NCBI GenBank assembly: GCA_944325315.1
Contig: CALVAA010000008.1
Span: 22,874-86,873, forward strand
Source: Candidatus Gastranaerophilales bacterium
Lineage (GTDB): Bacteria > Cyanobacteriota > Vampirovibrionia > Gastranaerophilales > Gastranaerophilaceae
DNA length: 64,000 nt
Direction: 5' to 3'
A program made the position numbers and the translations under genes. Below are positions 8,744 through 18,523 of this stretch, piece after piece; position 1 is the first letter of the stretch, and each line of letters starts with the position of its first letter. The notes under the pieces were generated by a model, which saw only the letters and a list, made by a program, of their open reading frames with translations, did no database searches and had not been told where the DNA came from.

Positions 8744-10042
8744 CTATTTTTGAATTTCTTTCATTAAATTTAAAAACTCCGGAAAAGAAGTATTTATGCA
8801 GTCAAACCCTTTAATTTTTAATTCTTTTTTAGTTATTAAAGAAAGCACATAATAGCTCATAGCAAGTCTGTGGTCTAAAAAAGTTTCAAGTTCAATTGAA
8901 TTTTTAACTTCTCTTTTTCCTTGGATTATAAAACCATCCTCTTTTTCTTCAATTTCAACTCCAAGTGCCATAAAAGCTTCAACGATTGCTTTTATTCTGT
9001 CTGATTCTTTATTTCTTAAATCTTTTGCATCTTTAACCACTGTTTTGCCGTTAGCACGGGTTGCCAGAACCGCTAAGATTGGAATTTCATCAATTAGCCT
9101 CGGCACTAAATCTCCTTTTATTTCAAAAGGCTCAATATTTTCGCTATAAGATACTTGAATATCGGAAACAGGCTCATTTGCAAGCATTCTTTTATTTAGA
9201 AGTTTGTAGTTAATTTTTGCCTGGTCAAAAACATCCAAAATTCCTGTTCTTGTAGGATTTATCCCCACATTTTTAATAACAATATCTGAATTTTTAATAA
9301 TAGCACCGGCTACCATAAAAAACGCAGCAGAAGAAATATCTCCCGGAATTTCTATATCTTTTTCAATGAGACTGGATTTTTCAACTTCAACAAAATAGCC
9401 ATTATCATCATATCCTTTTTTTATATTAGCTCCCAAATATTCAAGCATTAATTCACTATGGTTTCTTGATAGCGTTTTTTCCCAAATTTTTGTTTTCCCT
9501 TTTGCATTTAATCCTGCAATTAAAAGCGCACTTTTTATTTGCGCAGATGGAATAGGGCTTTTGTATTCAATACCTTTTAGCACGCCTCCTTCAATAATTA
9601 AAGGCATTTTATTATCATTAGATTTAATTTTAGCACCCATTAATTCCAGTGGCTCTATAATCCTTTTCATTGGGCGTTTTGAAAGACTTTCATCTCCGAA
9701 AAGTTCACTTTTAAAATTTTTTGAAGCCAAAAGCCCGGCCATAAGTCTTGTTGTAGTTCCGGAATTACCGCAATCGAGCTTATTTTTAGGCTCAATAAAA
9801 GCGCCTGTTGCATCTAAAAATAATTCTCTTTTTGATAAAAACTTATGCCTTACACCAAGCTCATTTAAAATTTTTAAAGTAGAAATGCAATCAAATCCAA
9901 GAGAAATATTGCTTATTTTAATTTTGCCTTTTGTCAAAGCTCCCAGTATAAGGCTTCTATGGGAAATTGACTTATCGGGCGGAATAATAATTTCACCTGA
10001 TAAACCGTTGGTATTTTTTTTTGTTATAAAAACATTATCCAT
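8744..10042 (-). CDS. aroA: 3-phosphoshikimate 1-carboxyvinyltransferase (EPSP synthase)
   Basis: Contains PPDKSISHRSLILGAL, LDCGNSGTTTRLMAGLLA, NKESDRI and DHRLAMS, with the typical full length of 432 aa. Confidence 0.92.
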   Translation of the reverse strand: MDNVFITKKNTNGLSGEIIIPPDKSISHRSLILGALTKGKIKISNISLGFDCISTLKILNELGVRHKFLSKRELFLDATGAFIEPKNKLDCGNSGTTTRLMAGLLASKNFKSELFGDESLSKRPMKRIIEPLELMGAKIKSNDNKMPLIIEGGVLKGIEYKSPIPSAQIKSALLIAGLNAKGKTKIWEKTLSRNHSELMLEYLGANIKKGYDDNGYFVEVEKSSLIEKDIEIPGDISSAAFFMVAGAIIKNSDIVIKNVGINPTRTGILDVFDQAKINYKLLNKRMLANEPVSDIQVSYSENIEPFEIKGDLVPRLIDEIPILAVLATRANGKTVVKDAKDLRNKESDRIKAIVEAFMALGVEIEEKEDGFIIQGKREVKNSIELETFLDHRLAMSYYVLSLITKKELKIKGFDCINTSFPEFLNLMKEIQK

Positions 10043-10916
10043 TTGCTAATTCATAAACAAAATTTGGTACGCAAAAAACAGCACTGTGGAGCTTTCTATT
10101 ATAGATTTTGCAAGTTTTTTCGATTTTCAAAGCTCTTTTTTCATCAATTGTTCTATAGTCTAAAGGAATATCAACTTCATCGCTGCAAAAACCCCAAGAC
10201 CAATATCCGCCCGGATATGTTGGCATAACAGAACAATAGGGAGCAACGTTTTTAAATACTTTTCTTAAAAGTCTGTATGTTTTTTGCATATTTTCACTCT
10301 GGGCAAAAGGGCCTTCTGTTTGAGGAACAACAATTCCACCTTTTTTTGAAGCTTTTTTAACATTGTTATAAAAACCTTCATTAAAAAGTCCTTCCCCGGG
10401 GCCAATCGGGTCAGTTGAATCAATTAAAACAACATCGTATAAATCGGTTTTGTCTTTAATGAATTCAATAGCATCCATAACCAAAACCGACACTTTTGGA
10501 TTATCAAGTTCGCTTGAAACAGTTGGAAAGTATTTTTTAGATGCTTCAATTACTTCCCCGTCAATTTCAACCATATCTATATGAACTACGCTATCATGTT
10601 TTAACAATTCACGAACAGTTCCGCCGTCTCCCCCTCCTATAACAAGAATATTTTTTGGATCTTTGTGTGTCAACATTGGAATATGTGTAATCATCTCATG
10701 GTAGAAAAACTCATCCCTTTCAGTTACCATCATAAGACCGTCCAGCGTTAAAACATTCCCGAAAGCACGAGAAGAAAAAACATCCACTTTTTGAAAAGGA
10801 GACTGTTTTGTATATAAATCTTTATCTTTTTCAATTGCTATTCCAAAGCCTTCAGGTGTAATTTCATGGTATAAATTTTCAGACATCTTTTTTCCTTTTT
10901 TAAATCTTTTTATCAT
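10035..10916 (-). CDS. speE: spermidine synthase (polyamine aminopropyltransferase)
   Basis: Contains LTLDGLMMVTERDEFFYHEM, VIGGGDGGTVRELLKH and LIDSTDPIGPGEGLF. The true start is probably ATG 10886, which has AAGGA upstream. The gene overlaps aroA by 8 nt. Confidence 0.9.
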   Translation of the reverse strand: MIKRFKKGKKMSENLYHEITPEGFGIAIEKDKDLYTKQSPFQKVDVFSSRAFGNVLTLDGLMMVTERDEFFYHEMITHIPMLTHKDPKNILVIGGGDGGTVRELLKHDSVVHIDMVEIDGEVIEASKKYFPTVSSELDNPKVSVLVMDAIEFIKDKTDLYDVVLIDSTDPIGPGEGLFNEGFYNNVKKASKKGGIVVPQTEGPFAQSENMQKTYRLLRKVFKNVAPYCSVMPTYPGGYWSWGFCSDEVDIPLDYRTIDEKRALKIEKTCKIYNRKLHSAVFCVPNFVYELANG

Positions 10917-10952
10917 TATACAAAAAAAACACTATTTGCTATAATAAATTTA

Positions 10953-11246
10953 ATGAAAAGTAAAAATAAAATTATGGACTCATTTGAAGAATTTGTTGCA
11001 TTGCCTTTATCCGTTTTAAAAAACAAATTGATACAGATAACGGGGTTTAAATCTGATTTTATTTCAACAAAATCAATAGATGTTGAATTATCAGATGATA
11101 CAATTCACATTAATTGTGTAAATTCTGAATCCGCTTATAATCTTTTAAGCAGCGTTATTTATAAAAGAAAACTAAATCAAAAAAAAGCTATAGAACAAAA
11201 AGCCAAAGAAGAACTTTTAAAAAATGATATTACGAATATAGCTTAA
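10953..11246 (+). CDS. hypothetical small protein (97 aa)
   Basis: The ORF fills the intergenic space, TATAAT (10940-10945) lies 7 nt upstream of the ATG, and a terminator follows directly. I recognise no domain. Confidence 0.45.
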   Translation: MKSKNKIMDSFEEFVALPLSVLKNKLIQITGFKSDFISTKSIDVELSDDTIHINCVNSESAYNLLSSVIYKRKLNQKKAIEQKAKEELLKNDITNIA

Positions 11247-11270
11247 AAGCTCCGAATTTTCGGAGCTTTT
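11245..11270. terminator. bidirectional rho-independent terminator
   Basis: AAAAGCTCCGAATTTTCGGAGCTTTT forms a 7-bp stem (AGCTCCG/CGGAGCT) flanked by A and T runs. It lies between convergent genes. Confidence 0.75.
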
Positions 11271-11288
11271 AATTAAACGTTCAAATCA

Positions 11289-12488
11289 TTAATCATCCAA
11301 TGCATCAACACCGGGCAGTATCTTTCCTTCAATAAATTCTAATGAAGCACCGCCGCCTGTTGAAACATGGGTAAAATCTTCAGCGCTAAAGAACTTTTTA
11401 GCAGCGCTAACAGAATCCCCGCCGCCTATTACAGAAGTTGCACCATTTTTTGTTGCTTCAACAACAGCTTCTAAAACAGCTTTTGTGCCTTGAGCAAATT
11501 TTGGATTTTCAAAAGCACCAACAGGGCCATTCATAAGAATTGTTTTAGATGATTTTATAACATCTGCAAAGATTTTTTGAGTTTCAGCTCCGGCATCAAC
11601 TCCTTCAAAACCATCAGGAATATTATTTACATCTACAACTTTATTTTCACCGTTTCCTGAAAAATCGTTTGTAGCTAAAACATCTTTAGCTAAAACAAGC
11701 TTAACACCTTTTGCTTTGGCTTTTGCTTCAATTGCCTTAGCGGTTTCCATTTGGTCATCTTCACAAATTGAATTACCGATTTTACCGCCGTTTGCTTTAA
11801 CAAATGTATAAGCCATACCACCGCCTATTATAAGGTTATCAACTTTATCGATTAAATTTTCCAAAACACCAATTTTCGTTGAAACCTTAGCACCGCCAAC
11901 AATAGCAGTAAAAGGATGAGTCGGATTATCAAGAGCAGAACCCAAACATCTTAATTCTTTTTCCATTAAAAGTCCTGATACAGCCGGTTTTAAAACTTTA
12001 GCTAATTTTGCTGTTGAAGTGTGTTTTCTGTGAGCTGCGCCAAAAGCATCATTTACATAAAAATCACCAAGTTTTGCAAGTTCATTTGCAAATGTCATAT
12101 CATCATCTTTAGCTTCTTCTTCTTTATAGAATCTAATATTTTCTAATAATGCAACTTCACCGTCTTTCAATGCTTCTAGTTCTTTATCAGCGCCTTTTCC
12201 AACCAAAGACTTAACAAACAAAACATCTTTTCCTAAAATTTTTGACATATATTTTGCAACAGGCTCTAAGCTGAATTCCGGTTTTACTTCACCCTTTGGG
12301 CGTCCCAAATGCGCCATTAAAATAACCTTAGCGCCTTTTTTGGTCAAAAATTCAACAGTAGGTAAAATTGCCTGAATTCTTGTATCATCCGTAACATTGT
12401 TGTTTTCATCCAAAGGAACATTAACGTCGACTCTAACAAGAGCACGTTTTCCTTTGATATCACCTAAATCTTTAATGGATTTTTTCAT
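11289..12488 (-). CDS. pgk: phosphoglycerate kinase
   Basis: Contains RVDVNVPLD, MAHLGRPKG, NDAFGAAHRKHTST, GGAKVSTKIGV and STGGGASLEF. Confidence 0.95.
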   Translation of the reverse strand: MKKSIKDLGDIKGKRALVRVDVNVPLDENNNVTDDTRIQAILPTVEFLTKKGAKVILMAHLGRPKGEVKPEFSLEPVAKYMSKILGKDVLFVKSLVGKGADKELEALKDGEVALLENIRFYKEEEAKDDDMTFANELAKLGDFYVNDAFGAAHRKHTSTAKLAKVLKPAVSGLLMEKELRCLGSALDNPTHPFTAIVGGAKVSTKIGVLENLIDKVDNLIIGGGMAYTFVKANGGKIGNSICEDDQMETAKAIEAKAKAKGVKLVLAKDVLATNDFSGNGENKVVDVNNIPDGFEGVDAGAETQKIFADVIKSSKTILMNGPVGAFENPKFAQGTKAVLEAVVEATKNGATSVIGGGDSVSAAKKFFSAEDFTHVSTGGGASLEFIEGKILPGVDALDD

Positions 12489-12560
12489 AATAAAACTCCT
12501 TATTAAATCACACTATATAAGCTAATTTTAAAACAAAAAAACAGTTATTCAACTTTATAT

Positions 12561-14684
12561 TTATTTTATGCGTTTATTATAAATATATGACAGCACCATA
12601 AGAATAATGCCTAAAGTCAAAAATGCAATAAATTTGTAGGTGATATCGACGCTTGATAAATCAAAAATAAATATTCTTATAACAGATAAAACGCACAAGA
12701 CAATTCCTGAAAGCTTTAAAAATTCTTTATTTTTGAATATACCAAATAAAGTAATTATACCGGAGTATAGAATCCAACAAATAGAAATTAAATATTTTGA
12801 ATCATCCAAATGATAATTTACAATAATATTTAAAATTTCTTGATGTATAAGAATAAAACCTAAAACTACTGCAATATAGTTGTATAAAGTTTTTTTGTAT
12901 AAAAGAAAGGCAAAAATACCTGCAGCAAAGGCAAGAAAACGGAAAAACAACAAAGAAAAAGAACATGGTTCGTTAAATAAATTAAAACCTGACACCAATA
13001 AATATAACATTGTTAAAAAACAAAATATTTCCGATAGATATTTAATCAATCTTGTATTTGACATTTTGTATATGCTATACAAAATTATTGAATAAACAAA
13101 GCCTAAAATAGAATTTATCATACAAGTATAGTCATTATAAGCATATACTTTTATATTTATAAATGCTATTGTATTATTAATTTCAAACCCTAAGTATATA
13201 AAAAACAAGCTAATCGAAGATAGTTTGAAAAATTCCCTGATATTTATAATACCTTTATCGTCTGATCTTCTGTGAAAAAGGTAAGAAGAAACAGAAGAAA
13301 GCAGCACCGGAAAAACCGCAAAGAGTCTTTTATTCCAAAAAGGAGTATAAGACAATGAACTTGAAAGTTCGGATACGTCATCATTCGGCATGAGCGAACA
13401 AAAAGCAATTGTCCAAATCCCCACTGCCCAATAACTAAGCGCTCTATAATTAGATTTACATGCAAAATAAGTTAAAAGTATTGCCTCTAAAGACCAAATT
13501 ATAGTGCAGGATGAATCATAAAAACAACCGTTGTTTATGGATAATACATAAAAATTAAAAGCAATAAGCGCTAAATGCAGATAGTTTTTATAAGCAGGTT
13601 TGTTCTTTTTGATTGCCATGTATACAAAAAAAGTATACACAAAGCATAATATTACTTGCGAATATGCAACAATATCATAATTAAAATCCGTGATTTTAGC
13701 TATGATACACAAAAAGGCTATATGGTTCGCGACATTCAGTTTATTGCCGGTAATTTCTTTTTGTTTTGAATCCATAACAAAACCAAAAACAAAATACAAC
13801 AACCAAATAACAGCAGGAATAATAAAAAGATTTGTTTTCGATACAAAACACAAAACAACAATTGTTGTAGCAAAAAGATTTATTATGTTTATTTTACTTT
13901 TAGTTTGATTTTTATATGAATATATAACAGAAAAAGCATTTACAAAAAGCAAATAGGCCATTAAAAACACAGGTTCAGACTTATTGTGCCAAATAAAAAA
14001 CGGATTTAAATACCCTGCAACAAGACTGAGCACCAACATCGAAGTTGTTTTTAATTTATCAGCCAAAAAGAAAACTGCAATAAGTATAGCCGTTGAAACT
14101 AAAAACGAAACTTCAGCGCTAAAAAGTTTTAAAATCGTACTTGCGCAATATGTGGTAATAAATAGAACCCCAAAACCTGTTCCCAATAATACTTCAGAAT
14201 AGTTTTGAAGTTTTTTTGTTTTATTTGGAATCTTATAAGATATTAAGACCAAAATAAGACCGAATAAAAATCCCAAAACAGTTTTAGACACTGCTGTAAA
14301 GATGATAAATTGAGAAGCAATTTTTGCAAAAACTATAACACCGATAAAAATTGCAAATGCACCGATTTTATTAAAAATGTTTCCAAGAAATAACTTTTCA
14401 AAGCTGTTAGTTTCCAATCTGCTTTCTTTGTCTTTGCATTCACTGTTTTCACTTAAAACTCCATATGCAACAGCATCTTTTTTATCATCAATATCGCATA
14501 TTGCTAAACTATAGTCATTTTCACTATCGTTATTTTCTTCTTTTTTATATTCTAAAGAAGGCTCTTTTAAATCTATATTTAGCCCTTCTATTTTATTTAT
14601 AAGTTCATCTAATTTGTTTTGAATTTTAAAAAGCCAAGTAGCTAACAAAAAAAACAAAAACAAAGATAGTATTATTGTATTCAT
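12561..14684 (-). CDS. large polytopic membrane protein (DUF2339-like architecture)
   Basis: The 707-aa protein has an N-terminal TM helix, a short coiled and acidic segment, and then about 20 hydrophobic helices. The family assignment rests on architecture only. Confidence 0.55.
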   Translation of the reverse strand: MNTIILSLFLFFLLATWLFKIQNKLDELINKIEGLNIDLKEPSLEYKKEENNDSENDYSLAICDIDDKKDAVAYGVLSENSECKDKESRLETNSFEKLFLGNIFNKIGAFAIFIGVIVFAKIASQFIIFTAVSKTVLGFLFGLILVLISYKIPNKTKKLQNYSEVLLGTGFGVLFITTYCASTILKLFSAEVSFLVSTAILIAVFFLADKLKTTSMLVLSLVAGYLNPFFIWHNKSEPVFLMAYLLFVNAFSVIYSYKNQTKSKINIINLFATTIVVLCFVSKTNLFIIPAVIWLLYFVFGFVMDSKQKEITGNKLNVANHIAFLCIIAKITDFNYDIVAYSQVILCFVYTFFVYMAIKKNKPAYKNYLHLALIAFNFYVLSINNGCFYDSSCTIIWSLEAILLTYFACKSNYRALSYWAVGIWTIAFCSLMPNDDVSELSSSLSYTPFWNKRLFAVFPVLLSSVSSYLFHRRSDDKGIINIREFFKLSSISLFFIYLGFEINNTIAFINIKVYAYNDYTCMINSILGFVYSIILYSIYKMSNTRLIKYLSEIFCFLTMLYLLVSGFNLFNEPCSFSLLFFRFLAFAAGIFAFLLYKKTLYNYIAVVLGFILIHQEILNIIVNYHLDDSKYLISICWILYSGIITLFGIFKNKEFLKLSGIVLCVLSVIRIFIFDLSSVDITYKFIAFLTLGIILMVLSYIYNKRIK

Positions 14685-14755
14685 ATTCCCACTTTAATGT
14701 ATATATTTGCAATAATACTACTTTTAAATTTATTTTGTCAAAATATTAAAAAAAA

Positions 14756-15028
14756 TTAATCTGTTTTATTTAAAAAAAGACTTTTTATCCAATCAACAAA
14801 ATCCAAAAACAAACCTTTTATAATAGACAGAAGGCTTTCTTTTTGAATCTCATCTGCATCTTCCTGTCTTTCAAAAGAATCATCAGGATAATCACGGGGG
14901 AATTCAATATTTTCTTCTTCACTTTCGCCACGCTTAAAATACCCGGTGTTTCCGCCACCTCCGGCACAAGCTTTTGAACTTGCCTGCACATTGGATAAAT
15001 TCTGCATAGGATTAAAATCAAATGACAT
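14756..15028 (-). CDS. hypothetical small acidic protein (90 aa)
   Basis: The ORF has its own TTGTAA-17-TATAAT promoter and a purine-rich pre-ATG region. I recognise no domain. Confidence 0.45.
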   Translation of the reverse strand: MSFDFNPMQNLSNVQASSKACAGGGGNTGYFKRGESEEENIEFPRDYPDDSFERQEDADEIQKESLLSIIKGLFLDFVDWIKSLFLNKTD

Positions 15029-15057
15029 TGTATCGCTTCTTTCTTATATTTACTATA

Positions 15058-15086
15058 ATTATAGCAAATATTTGAATCTTTTACAA
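15058..15086 (-). promoter_or_regulatory. sigma-70-type promoter (TTGTAA-17-TATAAT) for the 90-aa gene
   Basis: On the minus strand, TTGTAA lies at 15086-15081 and TATAAT at 15063-15058, about 30 nt upstream of the ATG at 15028. Confidence 0.55.
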
Positions 15087-15225
15087 GGTCTTGCAGGATT
15101 TATGTGCAACTTTACACCTGATAATGTAATTTGCCTGATTGGAAGAATAAAGGCACAAACTGTCATGCTGAACTTCCCGGAATTTCAGGGTGACGGTATA
15201 AAAGTCAAATGCAGGCAACTATAAT

Positions 15226-15924
15226 TTATTGGCAAGGAACTTTAAGATTATCCTGAACTTCTAAAATTAGTTTTTCGCCTTTTTTAGCTTTATAATGAAG
15301 TCCCGGAGAAACAACACCGGAAATCAATCCAACGCCGCCACCTACAGAGCCGCCTATTATAAGACCGGTTATCGTATGGCCCGCAGCAACTCCTATAGCT
15401 GCACCTAAGCCTGAGCCCACACCGCCTATCGAAAGAGTATAAGCAGCAATTTTTCCTGCAGTTTCTTTAGCGCCCTCTTGAAGATATTTCTTATGAGAAG
15501 CCAACTGAAGAGCAACAGGTATATTTTGGCCGTCAGGCAAAAGTATGTGTGTAAATTCTAAAAAAACTTTTGCATTTCTTGAAAACCACTTTGGTTTTTC
15601 TATGCAAGACACTTTTGCTATCAAAGAAGAACCGCATGGAATTATCAAAGTTCCTTCTTTGGTTTTTAAATCATTATCAAATGAAAATTGGACATAATCA
15701 CCCACTTTATAGTACTTTGAATTAAAATTTTGAGCAAAATTTACAACCAATATATTTTCTTTTTGTATAACATTACCGCCGTTTGTGACTTTTACAAGGT
15801 CTATTTTGGCATTATCAACCGTATTTAAATGCTCGACATCACTATCCGTTTCACCGTATGCAAAACAAATAGGAGCTTGTAAAAATAATGCTATTAAAGA
15901 TAATGAAAACGCTTTTTTAAACAT
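15226..15924 (-). CDS. secreted protein with C-terminal glycine-zipper region
   Basis: A signal peptide (MFKKAFSLSLIALFLQAPICFA) is present. The C-terminus is Gly-rich: GGVGSGLGAAIGVAAGHTITGLIIGGSVGGGVGLISG. Confidence 0.6.
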   Translation of the reverse strand: MFKKAFSLSLIALFLQAPICFAYGETDSDVEHLNTVDNAKIDLVKVTNGGNVIQKENILVVNFAQNFNSKYYKVGDYVQFSFDNDLKTKEGTLIIPCGSSLIAKVSCIEKPKWFSRNAKVFLEFTHILLPDGQNIPVALQLASHKKYLQEGAKETAGKIAAYTLSIGGVGSGLGAAIGVAAGHTITGLIIGGSVGGGVGLISGVVSPGLHYKAKKGEKLILEVQDNLKVPCQ

Positions 15925-15975
15925 TTCAACCTCGCTTTTAGTTTCTATTTAAATAATAACAAAAAAATTATTTTT

Positions 15976-18063
15976 TTAATCATTAATTTGATTTATAAAA
16001 TAATACAAATTAACGTCTTGTGAAAGTTCTTTTATTTTAATTCTCTGTTTATAATCAAGAATATATCCGGGTTTTTTAATTAAAAAAGAATACGAAAAAC
16101 AAGAACGCTCCAAAGCATCCTCAAAATGTATCCCGCCGTTATGATAGTCAGCGTATATGTAATAGCAGTTCAGTTTTTTTGCATTTTCAAAAATAACTTT
16201 CGAATTTTCAACTTTATAATCAATATTAATTTCCCATGGATTAAAGACATTATCGTTTTGAACTTCACCTTCCAAAATAATTAAATCATATTTTTTTATT
16301 TTTTCTTTGTCCAAAAAAGCAGCATTTAAAAAATCTATTTTTCGTTCTTTATTTTCAAGCTTCTTTAAATAAAGTGTACTTGAAATTAAAGTTTTTACAA
16401 AAGCAATGTTCTTTTTATCTTTATATCTTTCGCAAATTGTTTCATAAACAAAAGGGGCAATTTCCATTACTGAAAGAACTTTTCCCCTGTAACAGTCCTG
16501 TTCAAATTTTTCTAAATTAAAATTATTTTGCTTAAGCCCTTTAAAAACAACATTTAAAGGCATTCTTTTAACGTGAGTGGAAAGAAGAATCATATAAAAA
16601 AGGCAAAAGAAAAGAACAAAAGGCTTTATAATACTTTTTTTTCGATAAACAACAATCAAAACAACACTGCTAAAAACAACATAAGATACAATAAATCTTA
16701 TAGAATATATCATATAGCCAAAAGCGGCACAAAGAAATAAAATATTTATCAAAAAAGCCAAAGAGAATAAAAAACACAAAATCACTCTTTTATTTCGACT
16801 AAAAAAGATTCTAAAAAAAGAATAAACTACGCTTGGCAAAAACACTAAAAACCCTAAAACGCCAAAGCCTACAATTTGTTCGTCCGCAATTATATTGACC
16901 TTTTGCCAAGCAACATTAGAACCTAAAAGAGGATTTATATTTAAAACTTTAAAAAGCGACATTTTAAAATTTACTATTGCTTCATTCAAATAAAATCCCC
17001 ATTTAAAGCCCGTAAAATCAAACGCTTGAAAGAAAAAATTGATTAAATTTGCAACAAATCCCCCGAATCCTCCCCAAAAGCAATGTCCGAGATAGGCAGC
17101 TCTGTTTGAAAAAGGACTGTGAAATTGAACTAAATTTAAAATATAGTTATAACTTGAAAATATAATAAAATTAAATACCAAAAACATTAATGTTTTTCTT
17201 AACAAAAGAAATTTTTTTTCTTTTTCAACCAAGATCTCATAAAAAGTACAGACAATTAAAAAAGAAAAAACTGCGCCAAATGCCGTTGTTTTGATTCCAA
17301 GAGCAAGAGCAAGACAAAGAGATGAAAAGAATGCATTTTTTCTCGCAAAAAAGGCAAATGCGCCCAATAACAAACTCCCGACCAAAATGTCAGTCTGCAA
17401 AGACATCATCTGGACAATAACCGCACTGAAAGATGAAAGTATAAAAATTGCATAGAGTCTTTTTCTGTATGAAAACTTAAATTTTTCAAATATATCCCAC
17501 AAACAAAAAATCGCAAAGATATATGAAAAAAAGCTTAAAAGTCCATATCCTCTAAAATTATTCTTAAATGCAAGCATCCAAGCATAAAAAACCTCCGAGT
17601 TGAAAGGCATTATAAGAGCTCTTATGTCATTTGTTTCAAAATGAGATAAAGACTTATTTTCCAAAAATTCAACCGCTCTTAAAAAATGATAAGTCTGTCC
17701 GTCCGGCTCTAAAGTCGGCATTACAAAAGATAAAAACAAAGCAACAAATAGCAAAAACAAAAAAGCAAACAATAAAACCATTAAAGTTTTATCCAGTAAA
17801 AGTGCGTGTTTAAATCTTATAAAGTTAAAATCAGGTTTTAGAAATTTTGCTTTTTTATACTTAAAAAACGCAAAAGTAAGAATAAAATTTAAAAAAGCAA
17901 AAACAAACAGATTGTTTTTACCGATTGCCTCAAATAAAGATAATATTTCAACATTCAAAACAACAAGCGCAAAAAAAGATACAAATATAATTAAAACACT
18001 TTTGTATACCGAAGCAACAAAGTAAGATGATAAAATATTAAAAACTATTGCCGCAATAAACAT
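15976..18063 (-). CDS. polytopic membrane protein, possibly a GT-C-fold glycosyltransferase (ArnT/PMT-like)
   Basis: The 695-aa protein has about 12-14 N-terminal TM helices followed by a soluble C-terminal domain of about 190 aa. The assignment rests on architecture only. Confidence 0.4.
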   Translation of the reverse strand: MFIAAIVFNILSSYFVASVYKSVLIIFVSFFALVVLNVEILSLFEAIGKNNLFVFAFLNFILTFAFFKYKKAKFLKPDFNFIRFKHALLLDKTLMVLLFAFLFLLFVALFLSFVMPTLEPDGQTYHFLRAVEFLENKSLSHFETNDIRALIMPFNSEVFYAWMLAFKNNFRGYGLLSFFSYIFAIFCLWDIFEKFKFSYRKRLYAIFILSSFSAVIVQMMSLQTDILVGSLLLGAFAFFARKNAFFSSLCLALALGIKTTAFGAVFSFLIVCTFYEILVEKEKKFLLLRKTLMFLVFNFIIFSSYNYILNLVQFHSPFSNRAAYLGHCFWGGFGGFVANLINFFFQAFDFTGFKWGFYLNEAIVNFKMSLFKVLNINPLLGSNVAWQKVNIIADEQIVGFGVLGFLVFLPSVVYSFFRIFFSRNKRVILCFLFSLAFLINILFLCAAFGYMIYSIRFIVSYVVFSSVVLIVVYRKKSIIKPFVLFFCLFYMILLSTHVKRMPLNVVFKGLKQNNFNLEKFEQDCYRGKVLSVMEIAPFVYETICERYKDKKNIAFVKTLISSTLYLKKLENKERKIDFLNAAFLDKEKIKKYDLIILEGEVQNDNVFNPWEINIDYKVENSKVIFENAKKLNCYYIYADYHNGGIHFEDALERSCFSYSFLIKKPGYILDYKQRIKIKELSQDVNLYYFINQIND

Positions 18064-18077
18064 AACTCAATTATAAC

Positions 18078-18105
18078 AAAAACCCGCCAACATTAGCGGG
18101 TTTTT
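18078..18105 (-). terminator. rho-independent terminator downstream of the zinc-ribbon gene
   Basis: AAAAACCCGCCAACATTAGCGGGTTTTT. On the minus strand the hairpin CCCGC...GCGGG is followed by a U-run. Confidence 0.75.
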
Positions 18106-18121
18106 ATATATGTTTATATTT

Positions 18122-18391
18122 TTAAGCTTCTTGCCTTTTCAAAAAACACTCTTTGCAGAAAATTTCCTTCCCCTCGCTTGGCTTAAAAGGAACTTTTGTC
18201 TGTGCTCCGCATTGAGAGCAAACAGCATCGTACATTTTTCTTCTGGATTTTTGTCTTCTTGCTTTTCTGCATTCCGGACATCTTTTTGGTGTGTTAACCA
18301 ATCCTTTTTGAGAATAAAATTCCTGTTCTCCTGCGCTGAATACAAATTCTTTACCGCAATCTTCACATACTAGGGTTTGATCTTCAAACAT
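18122..18391 (-). CDS. zinc-ribbon domain protein (duplicated CxxC...CxxC, zf-trcl-like)
   Basis: MFEDQTLVCEDCGKEFVFSAGEQEFYSQKGLVNTPKRCPECRKARR is followed by a second copy, CSQCG...CKEC. The start was chosen at ATG 18391, which has AAGGAGA upstream. The ORF track extends to 18439. Confidence 0.75.
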   Translation of the reverse strand: MFEDQTLVCEDCGKEFVFSAGEQEFYSQKGLVNTPKRCPECRKARRQKSRRKMYDAVCSQCGAQTKVPFKPSEGKEIFCKECFLKRQEA

Positions 18392-18523
18392 TTTGGGTCT
18401 CCTTGCTTTTATAGTGTACTTATCCGACCACTGGTGCAAAAATTCTTTAAGTAATTAAGTAATTCAAGCGCTCAGATAGTTGATTATCTTAATATCTTAT
18501 ACCTTTTTTGCTATTTATGCAAA

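Noticed and set aside
9561-10049. Long antisense ORFs inside well-supported genes (for example 9561-10049, 22709-23140, 30355-30753, 55099-55434, 62180-62593)
   Set aside because: These are shadow ORFs opposite conserved genes (aroA, rne, the GH13 gene, the M16 peptidase, HD-GYP). Their hydrophobic or low-complexity translations are typical of antisense frames in AT-rich DNA, and they lack start signals.
18449-18466. Short tandem AAGTAATT-AAGTAATT upstream of the zinc-ribbon gene
   Set aside because: It is only two 8-bp copies in an AT-rich spacer, which is too short to separate from chance, and no associated structure is evident.
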